NCBI GenBank assembly: GCA_000934665.2
Contig: JYFJ02000838.1
Span: 1 to 64,000 of the forward strand
Direction: 5' to 3'
Length of the DNA: 64,000 nucleotides
Source of the DNA: Catajapyx aquilonaris
Taxonomy: Eukaryota
A program made the position numbers and the translations under genes. Position 1 is the first letter of the stretch. Every line of letters starts with the position of its first letter. Under the pieces are notes generated by a model. That model had not been told where the DNA came from. It ran no database searches and saw nothing but the letters and a program-made list of their open reading frames with translations. Shown in pieces: positions 61,201 through 64,000 of this stretch.

Positions 61201-64000
61201 TATGAGAGACACTCAACTTTCACGGCTAGCTTATGGGACACTACAACAGTTTTGTGTAGAACGTTGTTTGATGTGCCGAAGGCTGAGGGCAGCACACAAA
61301 CACCCATGCACACACATACACTCACGCAGGCAGAGCAGATCTATTTTTGGTGGCCGCCTTCTGGCTGCATTCCCGTTTCTTCCTCAAGGTAGCGTTGAAG
61401 GAGGATGAGTAGCTCATTAACCTGATATTAGTGTGTAACACCTGACTTATGAATGAGTGACCACATGGGAATTATATCTACTTATTATTAGCTATTTGTT
61501 GGTTTTTACATGGTTATTGTAAACATTGTTTGCACTGCATACGTTCACAATGCAATAGCCAACACCCTTGCTCTTAAAATAGACGGAATGGGTTAATTAG
61601 ACGGAGAACCGGGGATTGTTGCCAGGACAGGACATGTTCGGTCAGCTAAAAGCCTAGTTGCTATCGTTCAGTAGGAGATGTCGCACCGGTTGTCTAATAG
61701 AGTTTTGACGTTGTAGAGAGTTGCACAGAGATGGCTCTGTAGATGTGGTTTTAGGATGGTCCCAGATGAGATTGGATGCTGTGAGGACCATGAGATCAAT
61801 ACCACGAGCACCCAACATTTTTGCCTTTTTATACCAGAAAGTTAGGGGTGTAGACCCACTTTCGTCGCGGGCGTTTATTATTCACGCCATGGTTCATTTG
61901 AATATGCAAAGTGGGGTGATTTTCAGTTGGCTATTTTTTCCCCTCCGAGAAATTATATTCAACCTGTGCGATACTTCAATGGTGCAACTTTAATGCCGTT
62001 AAATGTATTATGAATTAGTTATAAATTCTCTTCTTTGTGAAACATGAAGGCCTTCATTTTCATAATACAATTTTAGCGCTGCATATAAGATGCGATGAAA
62101 TCCACGTTACTCTAATATAATACTTTATTATTACAATGTACTGATTTTTTAAAATTGGAAATGGATTTCCAAATTCCAAAGTGAGGCAGTCCAAATATTT
62201 TTTTATTTCTTCTTCTTGGAAATTTAAAAAAAAAAAAACTTTTCCTTGACTAGGCAAGTGGACGCGAAGTGGAACCATGTAGGGCTGAAGAATATTGGAC
62301 CAGAGCCATTCGGATTGGAGATTGGGTTTGATTCGACCAAGTTTCGTTGGGTTGTCCTCGGAAACTCCAGGCATGTTAGTTTAGTCAAGGAAGTTCGGCT
62401 GGTCGCAAATCCAATTGTAGCGAGAAGGGGAAAAAAAGAAAGGTAAAAAATTGCTAAAGGTTCCATTGACTTGCTGCCTTCATGCATATTGCAAGAGATT
62501 CTATTCTTGAACCATCGCCACAGTTTTCAAGTAGGCCTAATACTGTAAGTACAAGACCTAGAAACTCACCAGTAAAAGATGTTTTACAAGTCGATTTCAA
62601 AGAAAAGAAATCACCCTTCACGAACATGTTCAAGGATGGTGAGAAGGTCCGGCTCGAAGGCAAGAGGCTGTCAAAGTTTCCTTAAGCAGACATTTTTTTT
62701 ACATAAAAATTTGTATAAAAATGTATGTTCACTATGTTGCAACCACATGTGCAAAAAAAAAAATCTTGTGGCACCTTAGCATATGGAATATTGTTGACAC
62801 CCTTGTGTGTTCCAGCAGTAAAACATGTGCATCCGTTTCATTCATCTTGTAAATTCAACAATGTCCAGGGTGTTTTAGGCAATTCTCAACTTAATTGGTA
62901 TGCACTACGATCGTCGAACATTTGAGTGGCTGTTAATTCGTACCTATTAAAAGAACGTATCGCCTACACAGCTCAAGCTGCGAGACAGACCCTGAATTTT
63001 GGCTGTATTCGACATTATAAACTAAATTTTAGTAACTTTTTTCATTGAATTCCAATGAATTTGATGTAATCAGCTTTAACATAAGTCTGGCATGCTTCGA
63101 ATGTACTACCTGCGGTATCTTGCTTCAGGAGTGTATTCTCGTATGGGAGATCGGGGTAGGCTCTAACATTTTTTAGCTGGTTTTTTTAAATTCAGTTAAC
63201 TGACATTATTTTATTTAACAGATAAGTATTACAAGAATACTGATTTTTTATTCATGCAATTTTTTCGACAAATTGGTTATAAGAGGCTTTATTGCACAAA
63301 ATAGTACCTATTTCTACTCTCAACAATAATTCAGCTTGAATATAGGCCAAAACTCTAAGCTGAACCCCCCAACAACAGAGGCGATGTGCAAAGGGTGTTT
63401 CCACCAGGTCATGGTTGTATATTCTCTGCCTCTCACTCCCCCTCCCATCCATCTTTCTTATAATGGAAAGGAAGTCAGTGCATTGGCTTTTTCCCACGTA
63501 ATCAAACAACATGAAGGATTACTCCCTGCACTCGCAAGTTGGCCACTTGTAGATCTCAATGTGCCTCTGAACTGCAGTGCTCATGCGTGAAGGTTTTTTA
63601 GTCAGTATAAACCATTTGACATTCTTAAATATTCGTATAGCATATAGTTAGAGTTCTTCGCGTAATTTATATTTGTAACCGGTGCATAATTGCAAAGCCG
63701 CACACAAGAATTTTACTCAGCTTACCAAATTTTTTTCTTTTCATGCGGGGATATGTAAACCGCTTAAATCAGCAAGAATGTACGGCACTCAAAATCAAAT
63801 TAGGTCCAGATCCAGTGACAGCCCATAAAACCTAGTGGCTGCCCCCGATTCTCATTTTATTTCTGCCCCACTTCCCCTCAAAGAGCTCCGTAATTGGCTA
63901 GGATCAGATAAAAAAAAAAGAGTGCAAGCCCCATAATTTGAATACTTCTCCTGTAGACTGCTTCCAAGAGTTTTACACTACGGCCTGAGAGCAAATTCCT

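Overview
Intron-rich invertebrate (most likely arthropod) genomic DNA, not prokaryotic, so most entries in the ORF track are exon fragments or noise. I assembled three multi-exon genes by hand, checking every splice phase. (1) + strand, 11 coding exons (7988-18570): a 666-aa carboxyl/cholinesterase-fold protein with signal peptide, an intact Ser-Glu-His triad and a C-terminal transmembrane helix with a short tail. (2) + strand: a sarcoplasmic calcium-binding protein (SCP, 193 aa; CDS 39034-46832; TATA promoter near 29765). It has two duplicated, mutually exclusive 130-nt exons that change the Ca-binding loops of EF-hands 2 and 3, and a hidden upstream exon (37345-37410) that would add an in-frame acidic N-terminal extension. 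(3) - strand, 32 coding exons (60365-49501): a ~2138-aa SOGA/MTCL-family coiled-coil protein with an N-terminal C-x13-C-x2-C-x6-H motif and a GC-AG intron, lying tail-to-tail with SCP. Intergenic and intronic DNA holds a ~575-bp foldback inverted repeat, a Tigger/pogo-like terminus, a degenerate tRNA-like head and several microsatellites. Family assignments come from motif recognition from memory; no searches were run.
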